Shown: positions 1-10,011 of the stretch, piece by piece
Layout: each line of letters opens with the position of its first letter
Position numbering within the stretch: position 1 is the first letter of the stretch
Virus record (IMG/VR): IMGVR_UViG_3300049434_000042
Coordinates: 2,265 to 66,264 of that record
Length of the DNA: 64,000 bases
Direction: 5' to 3' (one strand)
Source of the DNA: a virus
Translations under genes and position numbers: made by a program
Notes under the pieces: generated by a model
Database searches by the model: none
What the model saw: only the letters and a program-made list of their open reading frames with translations
What the model was told of the DNA's origin: nothing

Positions 1-171
1 CCCATCCTCCGCGGAGCTCCGGTCACGGTGGTGTGGGTCGGCCAGTGCCGGCGCTGCCTTCGCGTGACTGACGAGCAGGAGACCCCTATGAGCGCTCATA
101 CCGCAGCGGTTCTCTGCTGCAAGTCCATCCCACTGTGGCCGGTGTCGCTCGTCGAGCTGGTCACCCTCTAG
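1..171 (+). CDS. Partial hypothetical protein (3' end)
   Basis: Frame 1 open from the window edge to TAG at 169-171 (PILRGAPV...CRRC...LVTL). Confidence 0.35.
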   Translation, partial: PILRGAPVTVVWVGQCRRCLRVTDEQETPMSAHTAAVLCCKSIPLWPVSLVELVTL

Positions 172-251
172 CCGGGCGGTGGGCCTACGGAGATCACTCC
201 CGGGCCCACTGCCTCACCACTTCCCCTGACAACCTCGAAGGGAGGCCCACG

Positions 252-2255
252 ATGGGCCTCGGTACCGAAGTCGCTCTGATCAGTGCCGCGCTGGCGTTGG
301 TCGGTGCTGGCCTCTTCTGGAAGGCGAAGAGCTACCCGCCGGCGGCGGGGATGGCGATCGTCTTGCTCGTCGCGCTCGACACGATCTCTCACATCCTGCC
401 GATCGTCACGCTCTTACTGATCGCGGCGAAGGTGTACTCGAAGTACACCGGGACGGCGTCGCTCGTGAAGCGGTGGGCGGGTCGAGCTCGGCGGAAGTCG
501 GGGGTCGCCTCCTCGTTCGACGTTTTCTGGCGCGCGTCGTGGTTCGCGATGCGCCGGCAGGCCCACATCCTCCGGCCGAGCTTCGCTTCGTTGCCGTCGA
601 CGAAGGGCCTCGATTCGCTGGCGAAGCTATGGGCGGCTATCACGCTGACCGTCGTGGGTTGCTTCCTCGTTCCGTCGGGTGCGCTGTATGTGCTGCCGGC
701 GGCCGCGTGCGGGATCCTGCTCGGCCACCTATGGCGGCGTGGGTCTGGCTGTCCGTCGATGGCGAGGCGGTGGCGGGTATGGGGGACGACGCTCTCGCTC
801 GTCGTGGGTGTGCCGTTGCACGCGTTCTCGATCCGGCTTGCTCAGGTTGGGTGGTTCACACTTCGGCAGCCGATCGAGCTCGTGACCCTGATTTTCGGGG
901 GCCCTCGGAAGGGCAAGTCGGGTTTGCTGATGCGGATCATTATCGACGCGCCGGGTGCTGTGATCGCGACGTCGACGAGGACGGATCTGTACGACTCGAC
1001 GCAGGGCATGAGGAGTCTCGGCGGGCGGCCGGTGTACGTGTTCAATGCGGCCGGGCTCGGGAAGCTGGCGTCGACGGTGACGTTCCCGGTGCTGGCGGGT
1101 TGCACCGATCCCGTCGTCGCGATGGGCCGGGCGGAAGACATGCTCTCGGGTCAGGTTGGTGGCGGGGAGCGGGAGCATTGGGTCGCCGAGGCGAAGCGGA
1201 TCTTCGGGATCTTCCTGCACGCGGCCGCGCTCGATAAGCGTCCCCTCGAAGACGTGCAGCGGTGGATCTCTGACACCGACCGATGGCACCGTGAGATCAC
1301 GGCGGCTCTCAAAAAGTCGTCGCAGCAGATCTACGGGCCGATGGTCGAGCAGTTCCTCAAGACGAACGACCGGACGCGGACCTCGGTCACGAACGGGCTC
1401 TCGCCGGCGCTGGCGTGGCTGGCGTCTCCTGCAGCGGTGGCGGCCGCGTCGGATCTGTGCCCGCTGGACGTCGAGGATCTGCTGCGTCGGCGTGGCACGG
1501 TGTACCTGCTCGGCGCGAAAGAGACTCATACCGCGCCACTGCTGGCCGGGTTGACTGGTCTTATTGCGCGGGAGGCTCGCCGTTTAGCTGCGTCGGATTC
1601 GAGCGTGTCATCGGGTCGCCGGCTCGATCCTCACCTGACGTTGGCCCTCGACGAATGCGCACTGATTTGCCCTATCCCTCTCGACGACTGGTCGGCTGAT
1701 ATGGGTGGCCGCGGTGTTCACATTGTGGCGTGTTTCCAGTCTCGGGCAGATATTCGCGCGAAGTGGGGAGTCGAAGGCGGTAAGCGCATTTTCAATAACT
1801 CGGGCGCGATGGTCCTATTCGGTGGGACGAATGACGAAGAGGACGCGCGGCTTTGGTCGACTCGGACCGGGGTCCGGGATGAGCTCGTCGGCGGGCAGAC
1901 GCGGCAGGTGCCGGTTTTGACTCCGCAGCAGATCGCGGATTTGCCGCCGTGGCGTGTGGTGCTATTCCCGTCGGGGATGCCGTGTTCGCTCGGGAAGGTC
2001 AAGCCGGCGTGGAAGTACCGGGACTATAAGCGGTGGATGCGTCACGAGGCAGCCGCTACGCAGGCTGCGGTCGATTCGGTTATCGCTGCGGCGGAGCGGG
2101 AGACGGAGCTCGCGGAGTCGGTGCCGGCGTTGTCGTGGTCGGGCGACGGTGTGTACCGGTCGGGTGGCGCGGTCGACGAGCCGGTCGGTCCGGTGCCGGC
2201 GCAGCGGTCGGTCGACCCGCGGTCGAATAGTCGGGCGGGTGGTTCGGGTGAGTGA
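252..2255 (+). CDS. virD4: Type IV coupling protein, VirD4/TraG/TraD family
   Basis: GGAGG RBS before ATG 252; N-terminal TM segments; Walker A GGPRKGKSG; ATSTRTD; Walker B LALDECALICP; FQSRADI..KWG motif. Confidence 0.9.
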   Translation: MGLGTEVALISAALALVGAGLFWKAKSYPPAAGMAIVLLVALDTISHILPIVTLLLIAAKVYSKYTGTASLVKRWAGRARRKSGVASSFDVFWRASWFAMRRQAHILRPSFASLPSTKGLDSLAKLWAAITLTVVGCFLVPSGALYVLPAAACGILLGHLWRRGSGCPSMARRWRVWGTTLSLVVGVPLHAFSIRLAQVGWFTLRQPIELVTLIFGGPRKGKSGLLMRIIIDAPGAVIATSTRTDLYDSTQGMRSLGGRPVYVFNAAGLGKLASTVTFPVLAGCTDPVVAMGRAEDMLSGQVGGGEREHWVAEAKRIFGIFLHAAALDKRPLEDVQRWISDTDRWHREITAALKKSSQQIYGPMVEQFLKTNDRTRTSVTNGLSPALAWLASPAAVAAASDLCPLDVEDLLRRRGTVYLLGAKETHTAPLLAGLTGLIAREARRLAASDSSVSSGRRLDPHLTLALDECALICPIPLDDWSADMGGRGVHIVACFQSRADIRAKWGVEGGKRIFNNSGAMVLFGGTNDEEDARLWSTRTGVRDELVGGQTRQVPVLTPQQIADLPPWRVVLFPSGMPCSLGKVKPAWKYRDYKRWMRHEAAATQAAVDSVIAAAERETELAESVPALSWSGDGVYRSGGAVDEPVGPVPAQRSVDPRSNSRAGGSGE

Positions 2256-2889
2256 ACCGACGAACGGTCGGTCGGAGGGTCATTCGACCGCGTTCGACTG
2301 GAAAGGTGCGTTCCGGTCGTTCGGGCAGGAGTTGGAGCGGGTCAACCGTCGGGTTACCGACCTCGACGAGCTGCTCGCCACGCTCGCCCGGGATGTGACG
2401 GCGATCAATGAAACCTTGGAGGACGCGAAGGGCCAGGCCACGGTGTCGTGGCTGCTGCTGGCGGATCCGGTGGCGGCCGTGGCGGTGCTCGGGGATCTGG
2501 CGGTGTGGTGTGAGGAGGTCTACCTCCGGTACGACGACGCGGCGTTGCCGGCGTGCTGGCTGTGGCATGCCGGGCTCGTCGAGGAGCTCCTCACCCTCCG
2601 CCAGGGTCACGCTGACGCCTTCCACTCGAAGTCACGCTCTGCAGCGAAGGCTCTGGACTGGCACGAGCGGTACCGGCCCGGCGTAGTCAAGCGGCTCCTC
2701 GAAACGGTCCGGGACTGCGACCTCTCCAAGCACGAGCCACCAGCACTGCCGAGGCCTACCCCTCTCAAGCTCACGATCGAACGAGCAGCAGTAGCTCACG
2801 CGCAGGGACTCACCATCACTCCAACCTCTGACGAGATCACCGAAGCAGACGCCTACCAGCCGGACTACACACCCACGCAGCAGCAGTAA
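2248..2889 (+). CDS. Conjugation-associated protein (DUF4913-like)
   Basis: GTG overlaps the T4CP end; coiled coil followed by LPACWLWHAGLVEELLTL..DWH, a motif typical of genes beside actinobacterial T4CPs. Confidence 0.6.
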   Translation: MSEPTNGRSEGHSTAFDWKGAFRSFGQELERVNRRVTDLDELLATLARDVTAINETLEDAKGQATVSWLLLADPVAAVAVLGDLAVWCEEVYLRYDDAALPACWLWHAGLVEELLTLRQGHADAFHSKSRSAAKALDWHERYRPGVVKRLLETVRDCDLSKHEPPALPRPTPLKLTIERAAVAHAQGLTITPTSDEITEADAYQPDYTPTQQQ

Positions 2890-2911
2890 CGAAGGCACCC
2901 TCTCAACCGAT
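2886..2911 (+). promoter_or_regulatory. SigD-like promoter GTAAC-N17-CGAT upstream of the relaxase
   Basis: Exact match to the motif repeated 10 times in the window. Confidence 0.7.
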
Positions 2912-3079
2912 CACTCATCTACAGAGCAAGATCACGAGAGCAGGTCAACCCATGAACACACAAGATCCAAATACACAATCCACTACCAAGATCACGAAGT
3001 CAGTCACACCTAGGCATCCCGATGTCCAGGTGATCGACTTCGCGCTTCGCGCTCGTCTATCGAAGATCAACGGCACGCC
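2912..3079. other. Candidate oriT / relaxosome-binding region
   Basis: Intergenic, A/C-rich, directly upstream of relaxase; CAAGATCACGA at 2927 and 2987, variants at 2961 and 3062; GCGC-TTC-GCGC hairpin 3042-3052. Confidence 0.5.
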
Positions 3080-6000
3080 GTGTTAAGCGTCGGCGTCGGG
3101 TATGACTCTGCGTACTACACGGGCATCGTTGGGTCCGGCCGTGAGGGCTACTACACGGGCGCCTCAGCGACGGGCGAGCCTCCCGGCGTCTGGCACGGTG
3201 CCGGCGCTGCGGAGCTCGGGCTCGTCGGGGAGATCGACCCGGAGCTCATGCACGCTATCTATGACCTACTCCTCGACCCGCGGGATCCGAACACTCACGA
3301 CCGGACGACATGGGGCAAGGCGGAGGGCCTCGGCGCGGCGCACAAGCACTACCAGTCCGCGGAGCAGCTCTACGCAGCGTCACTAGAGCGGGAGCCCGAC
3401 GCCGGCCCGGAGCGACGATCCGAACTCCGGCAAGCGGCGGAGGAAGCGGCCCGGCAGGCGGTCGAGTTGATCGACGCGACGTTCTCGCCGGCGAAGTCGG
3501 TCACGGTCACCGCGGCCAGCTTCGAGCGGATGGCCAACGATGCTGCAGCGCGTGGTGACCACGAGGCGGCCGCCATGTGGTCGATGCGGCATGCGGCGGT
3601 CGAACATGCGGTGATGATGGGGGCGACCGCTTCGGTCGACTACCTGCAGGATGTCGCCGGCTACGGTCGAGTGGGCAAGCACACGGCGGGTGGTCCTAAC
3701 CGTTGGGTCGACTCACATAAGTGGGTGGTCGCGCAGTTCCTACAGCACGACAGTCGACTGCACGATCCTCAGTTGCACGTACATCAGGTAATCCTCAACC
3801 GTCAGCTATGCGCCGACGGGAAGTGGCGCGCGCTCGACTCGCGGGCGATCCATGGGTACAAGCGGGCAGCCGGCGCGATGGGTGAACGGGTCATGGAGGC
3901 CGAGCTCGCACGGTCGCTCGGTCTGCAGTTCGAGACGCGCGTCGACGGTCAGGCCCGGGAGGTCGTGGGAGTCGACCACAGGGTTATGGATCTGTTCTCA
4001 GAGCGGTCGAAACACATCAGCGCGAAGACCGCGGAGCTCGCCGACGCTTTCCGGGAACGGTACGGCAGGGAGCCGTCGGCGCGGGACATGACGATGCTCA
4101 AGACCGAGTCCACGCTCATTACTCGTAACGCGAAAGAATACGGCGGGGAGAGTTTCGTTGAGCGTATGGACCGGTGGGAGGCGCAGTGCCGCGCGGAGAT
4201 CCCGGCCGGGTTGGCCGCGGTCGCCGAAGCCGTTCTCGAGAACGCAGCGCGGCCCGCGGAGCCGGCGACGTGGGTGCCTCGGGACGTAACCGAACGGGCC
4301 CTCGCAACGCTGACGGATAAGGGTCAGACGTGGGGCGACTCGGACGTCACGGGCGCGGTTGATAAGGCGTTGCCGGCAAATCTCGGGCTCGCTCCGCAAG
4401 ACGTCCGGCCATTCTTGGAAAGTGTCGTCGCGGAGACGCTGGCGGCCGCTATCCCGGTCAAGAAAGGCGAGACCACCACCAATCTGCCGAGCGCTCTGCG
4501 TTTGGAGAATGGACGCTCGGCGTATGAGGCACCAGCGGCCCGCCGGTGGACGGCGGAGGGTGTGGTCGCCGCGGAGCGGTTGCTGCGTGATGCCGCCGTG
4601 CTGCGGGGGGCAGCGACGGTGAGCTTGGAGCAGGCCGAGGAGTACATCGCGCGGTATGCGTCGTCGGATCATCGCCTCGGTGAGGATCAGGCCGCGATGC
4701 TGCGGGGGATCCTGACGTCGGGGGCGTTGACGGAGACGGTGTGCGCGCCGGCGGGGACGGGCAAGACCTTCGCCGTTGGAGCGGCCGCAGAGGCGTGGCG
4801 GGAGATGGGTCGCAGCGTCGTCGGGCTGGCCACTACGCAGAATGCGACGGAAGAGCTCGCGGCGGAGGGGTTGGACTGTCGGAACATCGCCGGGTGGCTC
4901 AAGGCGCAGGAGCGGATCGAGCAGGGTCACCCACGGCCGGGCGATGAGCTCTTCGAGTTGACGCCGGAGTCGATGGTGTTCCTCGACGAGGCGAGTATGA
5001 CGTCGACGCTCGACCTCGCACGGGTAGCGGAGAAGTGCAACGACGCCGGCGCGAAACTGGTCTTCGTTGGTGACCCGGCGCAGCTCTCACCGGTGGGCCC
5101 GGGTGGTGCGTTGGCTGACCTCGCAGAGCACGGGATCCGGTACGAGCTCTCGACGGTGCGACGGTTCGCTGACCAGTGGGAGCGGGATGCCTCACTGCGG
5201 TTACGGGCGGGCGATAAGTCGGCGATCGCGGATTACGACAAACATGGCCGGCTGCGCGATGGGGGAAGTCGGGAGGAGACGGAGGCGGCCGCTGCCCGGG
5301 CGTGGCTGGCCGACACGCTCGCGGGGAAAGAGTCGCTCCTACTGGTCGGTACAAATGACGCAGCGGACCGGATCGCGGGGCAGTTGCGGGACACGCTCGT
5401 CGAGCTCGGCATGGTCGAGGAGGCCGGTGTTCCGCTCGGGATGCAAGGCACTGTCGCCGGCGTCGGTGATCTCGTGCAGGCCCGTCGCAACGGCTGGGAA
5501 CTGACGGGATACGAGGGGAACACGCGGGCACCGATCAACCGTCAGGCCTACGAGGTGACGGCGACCCGCGATGACGGCGGTCTCGTGGTGCGGGCTTTGC
5601 ATGCCGACCCGGAGGATCCGGCGGCCAAATTAACGCTGCCGGGCTCCTACGTTGATTCGGCGATGTGTTTGGCGTATGCCTCGACGGTTCACGCTGCGGA
5701 GGGCCGGACGGTCGACACTGGTCACGAGATCATCGGTGACGGTATGGACGCCTCCGGGGCCCTGGTGGGCCTCACGCGTGGTCGTGAGTCCAACACGGCG
5801 TGGGCGGTGACGCAGCGGACCGCGCAGGACGCGGAGCCGGGGCAGGTTCACGAGGTCGAGGAACGCTCCGCGGTGGGTGTGATGCGGGATCTGCTCGAAC
5901 GGGCGGAGGAGCAGCGAACGGCGACGGCGCAGCAGGAGCAGGCCGCGATCGACGAGGTGTCGACCCGGTCCCACGCGGAGAAGCTCATAGATGGTGTCAA

Positions 6001-7438
6001 TCAGGTACTCGCGGACCGCTCGGCCGGTGTTCTCGACGCTCTGCACGCGGAGGGTGTCCTCTCGGCGCACGACCGTGAGCGGTTGGCCGGGGATACCGGG
6101 ATGGGTGCCCTCGATCAGCTGCTCCGGCGCGTTGAGCTTGCCGGCCACGATCCGCGGGAGGCGCTCGCGACCGCGGTGACGCAGCAGGGTCTCGACTCGG
6201 CGCAGTCGCCGGCGCAGGTGTTGCACTGGCGGGTGAGAACGTCATATGACGATCGTCTGACTCCGGTGGCTCGGTCGCATGCGGATCTCATTCCGGCGGA
6301 TGTGCCGGCGGAGTGGCGGCCGTGGCTGACTGACCGGGCCGACGCTGCGGACGATCGTCGGCGGGAACTCGGCGCGCAGGTGGCGGAGGAGGGCCCGCAG
6401 TGGCTCGTCGAGGCTCTCGGTGCGGCGCCGGAAGATGCGATCGCGCGGGCTGAGTACGAGCACAAGGCTGGCTATGCGGCCGCGTACCGGGAGCAGACGG
6501 GTCACACGGCGGAGGCGGATCCGTTGGGTTCGGCGCCTCCTGCAGGGCTGCCGGAGAAGTTCGCCCTATGGCACGCGGGGCATGCTGCGCTCGACCTGCC
6601 GGACGCCGGCGCGGATGAGGCGAAGATGTCCGACGGGCAGCTCCGCAACCGTGTGCGCGCGTACGAGCGTGAGACTTTCTGGGCTCCGAAGTACGTCGGC
6701 GACCAGCTTGCAGCGACGTCGACGGCAGCCGATCAGGCGAGGGTTGACGCGCAGATTTGGGGGGCCCGGGCGGAGGTCGAGACTGAGGCCGAGGCTGCGG
6801 TGCAGTTGCGTGAGGCGGCTCAAGCGGCCGCGGCGGAGGCGGAGCTTCTAGCGACGAGGGCTGCGCAGCTTGATAAGAGCGACACGCAGCGCGCGGATTG
6901 GTTTATTCATACGTCGAAGACGAGGGAGGCCTCGGAGCGTGCTCGTGCGGCGTTGGGGGCCCGTGGTGTGGACCTCGACGCGCCGGCGGAGCGGACGACT
7001 GCGGCGGAGTGGCTGGCTGCGCATGTCGAGGAGCAGCGGGCCGATGAGCGTGGGCGGCCGGTGCGTGATGAGGTCGAGCTCGTCGACGAGGAGTCGGAGG
7101 CGGTGCGCGCGGAGGTCGACGAGGCGACGACGCCGGCGTTCGCTGATGGTCTACCGGAGACGGCGCTGCAGGATATTCGGGAGACTGCGGTCCCGGATGT
7201 GACGGAGCTGGCCGACGAGGCTGTCCAACGCCGGGTGCCGGCGGTCGATGAGACGGCGGAGGCGGTGGATCGGGCGCATGAGGCTGCGCGGGAGATCCAA
7301 GCTAGGGCGACTCTCGACGCACAGAACGAGGACGACCGTCACGCGCAGCAGCTCTCGGCGTGGGCAGCCGCGGATGAGGCTCGCGAGTACGAGTCAACGG
7401 AGTGGCAGCGGGACGAAGAGCCGGCGTGGGAGCACTAG
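3080..7438 (+). CDS. mobF: MobF (TrwC/TraI-type) conjugative relaxase with SF1 helicase domain
   Basis: YYT..EGYYT..GEPPGVWHG; DATFSPAKSVT; HUH QHDSR..DPQLHVH; Walker A APAGTGKT; DEASM; GDPAQL; YASTVHAAEG; GLTRGR. Confidence 0.95.
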   Translation: MLSVGVGYDSAYYTGIVGSGREGYYTGASATGEPPGVWHGAGAAELGLVGEIDPELMHAIYDLLLDPRDPNTHDRTTWGKAEGLGAAHKHYQSAEQLYAASLEREPDAGPERRSELRQAAEEAARQAVELIDATFSPAKSVTVTAASFERMANDAAARGDHEAAAMWSMRHAAVEHAVMMGATASVDYLQDVAGYGRVGKHTAGGPNRWVDSHKWVVAQFLQHDSRLHDPQLHVHQVILNRQLCADGKWRALDSRAIHGYKRAAGAMGERVMEAELARSLGLQFETRVDGQAREVVGVDHRVMDLFSERSKHISAKTAELADAFRERYGREPSARDMTMLKTESTLITRNAKEYGGESFVERMDRWEAQCRAEIPAGLAAVAEAVLENAARPAEPATWVPRDVTERALATLTDKGQTWGDSDVTGAVDKALPANLGLAPQDVRPFLESVVAETLAAAIPVKKGETTTNLPSALRLENGRSAYEAPAARRWTAEGVVAAERLLRDAAVLRGAATVSLEQAEEYIARYASSDHRLGEDQAAMLRGILTSGALTETVCAPAGTGKTFAVGAAAEAWREMGRSVVGLATTQNATEELAAEGLDCRNIAGWLKAQERIEQGHPRPGDELFELTPESMVFLDEASMTSTLDLARVAEKCNDAGAKLVFVGDPAQLSPVGPGGALADLAEHGIRYELSTVRRFADQWERDASLRLRAGDKSAIADYDKHGRLRDGGSREETEAAAARAWLADTLAGKESLLLVGTNDAADRIAGQLRDTLVELGMVEEAGVPLGMQGTVAGVGDLVQARRNGWELTGYEGNTRAPINRQAYEVTATRDDGGLVVRALHADPEDPAAKLTLPGSYVDSAMCLAYASTVHAAEGRTVDTGHEIIGDGMDASGALVGLTRGRESNTAWAVTQRTAQDAEPGQVHEVEERSAVGVMRDLLERAEEQRTATAQQEQAAIDEVSTRSHAEKLIDGVNQVLADRSAGVLDALHAEGVLSAHDRERLAGDTGMGALDQLLRRVELAGHDPREALATAVTQQGLDSAQSPAQVLHWRVRTSYDDRLTPVARSHADLIPADVPAEWRPWLTDRADAADDRRRELGAQVAEEGPQWLVEALGAAPEDAIARAEYEHKAGYAAAYREQTGHTAEADPLGSAPPAGLPEKFALWHAGHAALDLPDAGADEAKMSDGQLRNRVRAYERETFWAPKYVGDQLAATSTAADQARVDAQIWGARAEVETEAEAAVQLREAAQAAAAEAELLATRAAQLDKSDTQRADWFIHTSKTREASERARAALGARGVDLDAPAERTTAAEWLAAHVEEQRADERGRPVRDEVELVDEESEAVRAEVDEATTPAFADGLPETALQDIRETAVPDVTELADEAVQRRVPAVDETAEAVDRAHEAAREIQARATLDAQNEDDRHAQQLSAWAAADEAREYESTEWQRDEEPAWEH

Positions 7439-8022
7439 GAGGCGTACCGGGCGCGGGTTTCGTCGATGAGGTCGACGAGCTCGCGGTACCGGCGCGCGGT
7501 GGCTACCGCTTCGGTGTTCAGGGCGAGGCGTTGCTCGGCGTGCCGGTACCGGGCCGGTCGCAGCATGGTTGCAGCGGTGACGAGTTGCTGCGCGGTGACG
7601 GGCTGGCCGTCCTCTTGCCGGAGTGGCAGGGGGAGCGGGGAGACCTGCCCGTCGGTGCCGAGGAGCCAGCGCAGGCAGCGCCAGGTTCCGTCGGCGTAGC
7701 CGGGGTCCGTGGTGACGATCGCCCACGCTGGCACTTTGAGTTGTTGGCAGATCAGGGTCAGTGGTGGTGGGCTCTTCTGCTCCGTGAGGCTGAGCGCTGT
7801 CCAGAGCTCGGCGCGAGCGTGGTTTTCCTCGACGGGTTGCTCGTCGCGGTCGGTGATGGGCCCTACGCGGCCGCCACGTACCCACGCGATCGACGCTGCA
7901 GCACCGATGACCCATGGCCGGCGGGTGTCTTCGGCAACGCGGAATGCCAGCCAGTGAAAGTCGTCGACTTCGGCTGGTCGAGGTGTCACCCATTGCGGGG
8001 TGCGCGCCACCCATTCACCCAC
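7435..8022 (-). CDS. Hypothetical protein
   Basis: 195-aa ORF with protein-like composition, converging on the relaxase (stops share CTAG). Confidence 0.6.
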   Translation of the reverse strand: MGEWVARTPQWVTPRPAEVDDFHWLAFRVAEDTRRPWVIGAAASIAWVRGGRVGPITDRDEQPVEENHARAELWTALSLTEQKSPPPLTLICQQLKVPAWAIVTTDPGYADGTWRCLRWLLGTDGQVSPLPLPLRQEDGQPVTAQQLVTAATMLRPARYRHAEQRLALNTEAVATARRYRELVDLIDETRARYAS

Positions 8023-8084
8023 GGGCCGAGTATGCCTTACATGGTTGTAATTCCGCCTGTCCCTCGTGGTGTGGACTGCGCGGA

Positions 8085-8280
8085 CGCCTCCGGCGACTCA
8101 TCGTTTTCTCCCTCCCCACCCTCGTCGGGATGGTCTAACCGCGTCCCGAATGCGTCAAGGGCGAACCGTCGCGGGCCCCTGCACCCACGACGAACCGCTC
8201 GCTGCGCTCACCGCTGCGCGGCCCTTGACGCCTCCGTGCCACGGCTAGAGGCCGCCGGGTGTCGGGTGAGGGAGGGGTCT
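8085..8280. promoter_or_regulatory. Frpo/ssi-like single-stranded DNA foldback (ssDNA promoter or priming site)
   Basis: Perfect inverted repeat GCGTCAAGGGC (8152-8162) / GCCCTTGACGC (8221-8231) containing TTGAC; outer imperfect pairing 8110-8121 with 8264-8276; small triloop hairpins. Confidence 0.55.
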
Positions 8281-8417
8281 GGTGTTTGTTCTCGCTGCTC
8301 AGGGCCCGTATTCAGCTCGGGTGGTTCCGCCATTCGGTCGTATGTGGTGACCCCCGGCTAGCGTACTATTAGAGGTGCTGGCGACGGCTGGCTAAGCACG
8401 GAGGAAGAGGTGCCGTT

Positions 8418-8996
8418 ATGGCAAGTCGAAGTGATCGGATCGCAGCCGAAGGTTGCCGGGATGATCTCGATAAGCGTGCGCAGATGCTCGGTCACTCAAT
8501 GAAATGGGAGCTCGGAGCGGACTCGACGAAACGCGGGTGCTGCTATCACTTCGTAGGTCGGTGTGAGAACTGCGGGGCGATGGCGACGGCGATGCCCGGT
8601 TGTTCGTCGTGCCCCACAGTGCTAGACGCGCGGCGGGCGATCTGCAGCGGGCCCGGTACGGCGATCCTGACGGAGATCGAGGAGTCGCGTTCATCGGAAC
8701 TCATCGCCGGCGCGGTCACTGCGTTCGGTCGAGCGGTGGCGGAAGACCAGCAGGGCGAGGTCGATGGCGAGCGGATTGGAATCGCTACCCGGGAGCTCGT
8801 CTTCCACATCGACGAAGCGGACGCGGCGATCAGGATGGCTGGCCGGGAGCTCGATCTCCTGCTCGGTGAGTTGTACGACGTTGAGCTAGTGGGAGCTACT
8901 GGTGACGACATGCGCCATGAGCTTGAGGTGGCAAGTCGGGCGATGCGGAACGTTCTCCGGGCAGTGCAGCTCCGACGCACCCTGCTCGCACCATGA
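8418..8996 (+). CDS. Hypothetical protein with Cys-rich N-terminus
   Basis: GGAGGAAGAGG RBS; CENC, CSSC motifs. Confidence 0.7.
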   Translation: MASRSDRIAAEGCRDDLDKRAQMLGHSMKWELGADSTKRGCCYHFVGRCENCGAMATAMPGCSSCPTVLDARRAICSGPGTAILTEIEESRSSELIAGAVTAFGRAVAEDQQGEVDGERIGIATRELVFHIDEADAAIRMAGRELDLLLGELYDVELVGATGDDMRHELEVASRAMRNVLRAVQLRRTLLAP

Positions 8997-9199
8997 GTGA
9001 ACCGTTGCAGCCGCGTGATTGGGGCGTGTCGTGGTTCGCCGGCCGGGCACTGCCGGGGACGTGCCAGCGGTGCCAGCAGGCAGGGCCGGTGTTCACCGGT
9101 TACGAGGGCGGTCAGGTGACCGCGGTGGTGATGTGCGGGTTCTGTGGCCCGTTGGCTATTCGGGAGACGCGGATGAGCTGCGGGGTCCGTCGTGGCTAA
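8993..9199 (+). CDS. Small zinc-ribbon protein
   Basis: ATGA overlap; CQRC and CGFC. Confidence 0.6.
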   Translation: MSEPLQPRDWGVSWFAGRALPGTCQRCQQAGPVFTGYEGGQVTAVVMCGFCGPLAIRETRMSCGVRRG

Positions 9200-9551
9200 G
9201 CAATCCCGGACGCTGGTCGGTGACGCCGAGGCGCGTCGTCGTGACGCCGGCGGGGGCATGGCCGGGGAGCACGCGGCGGAGACGGCGGTGCTCGATCGAG
9301 GTGGGTTGTGGATCGAAGGCGCGTGGTACTGGCGGGTGGACCTCGAAGCGCAGCAGCGCGCCGAGCGGGAGGCCCGCAGCAGGGCACACGCGCCGAAGAC
9401 TCGCCGGGACGGTGGACCGTTGCCGTCGCTAGCGCATTACCGGCCTACGGAGCGGTGGGTTCCTCACCCTCGTGGGCACGAGCCGTATTTCGCGGGCGCG
9501 GTGGCGCGGTTGTGGGCATGGGTTCCACCAATGGAAGGGAGCGCAGGGTGA
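9192..9551 (+). CDS. Hypothetical protein
   Basis: Overlap-coupled within the operon. Confidence 0.55.
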   Translation: MAKQSRTLVGDAEARRRDAGGGMAGEHAAETAVLDRGGLWIEGAWYWRVDLEAQQRAEREARSRAHAPKTRRDGGPLPSLAHYRPTERWVPHPRGHEPYFAGAVARLWAWVPPMEGSAG

Positions 9552-9826
9552 GTGAGGCGCACGAGGTGAGAAAGGGCCTGCAAGCGGCCGCGACGGCACT
9601 GGCCGGGATGGCGCTGCAGCAAGACCGGATCGCGGACATGCTCGCGACGTGGGATAAGCGGGCGAGCTGGGAAGACGGGATGACCGTTCCCGACAGTGTC
9701 TACGTAGACGAGCGCCGGCAGGCGCGGACGTGGGCGTCGGCGGCCGCGGAGCTACGAGCGGCGATCGCACCGTCATCGGAAGACATCAGGGCAGCACTGG
9801 CGAAGTTGGAGGCGAGAGCGCAATGA
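9548..9826 (+). CDS. Hypothetical protein
   Basis: GTGA overlap, RBS. Confidence 0.6.
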   Translation: MSEAHEVRKGLQAAATALAGMALQQDRIADMLATWDKRASWEDGMTVPDSVYVDERRQARTWASAAAELRAAIAPSSEDIRAALAKLEARAQ

Positions 9827-10011
9827 CAAACGTGCAGCGGGACGGGCGCGGCGCGTGGGTATGGCTGTCTGACGAGGAGCTCACAGTTGTGCACACGGCG
9901 CTTATGGAGTCCGCGAACACGGAGCGGAGGCTCTCGTTCAATGGGCACGACGAGCAGGTTCGGGTAGTCGAGGGTCTGATCGCCCGGGTACTGGGAGCGG
10001 TGCCGGCATGA
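9823..10011 (+). CDS. Hypothetical protein
   Basis: ATGA overlap. Confidence 0.55.
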   Translation: MTNVQRDGRGAWVWLSDEELTVVHTALMESANTERRLSFNGHDEQVRVVEGLIARVLGAVPA

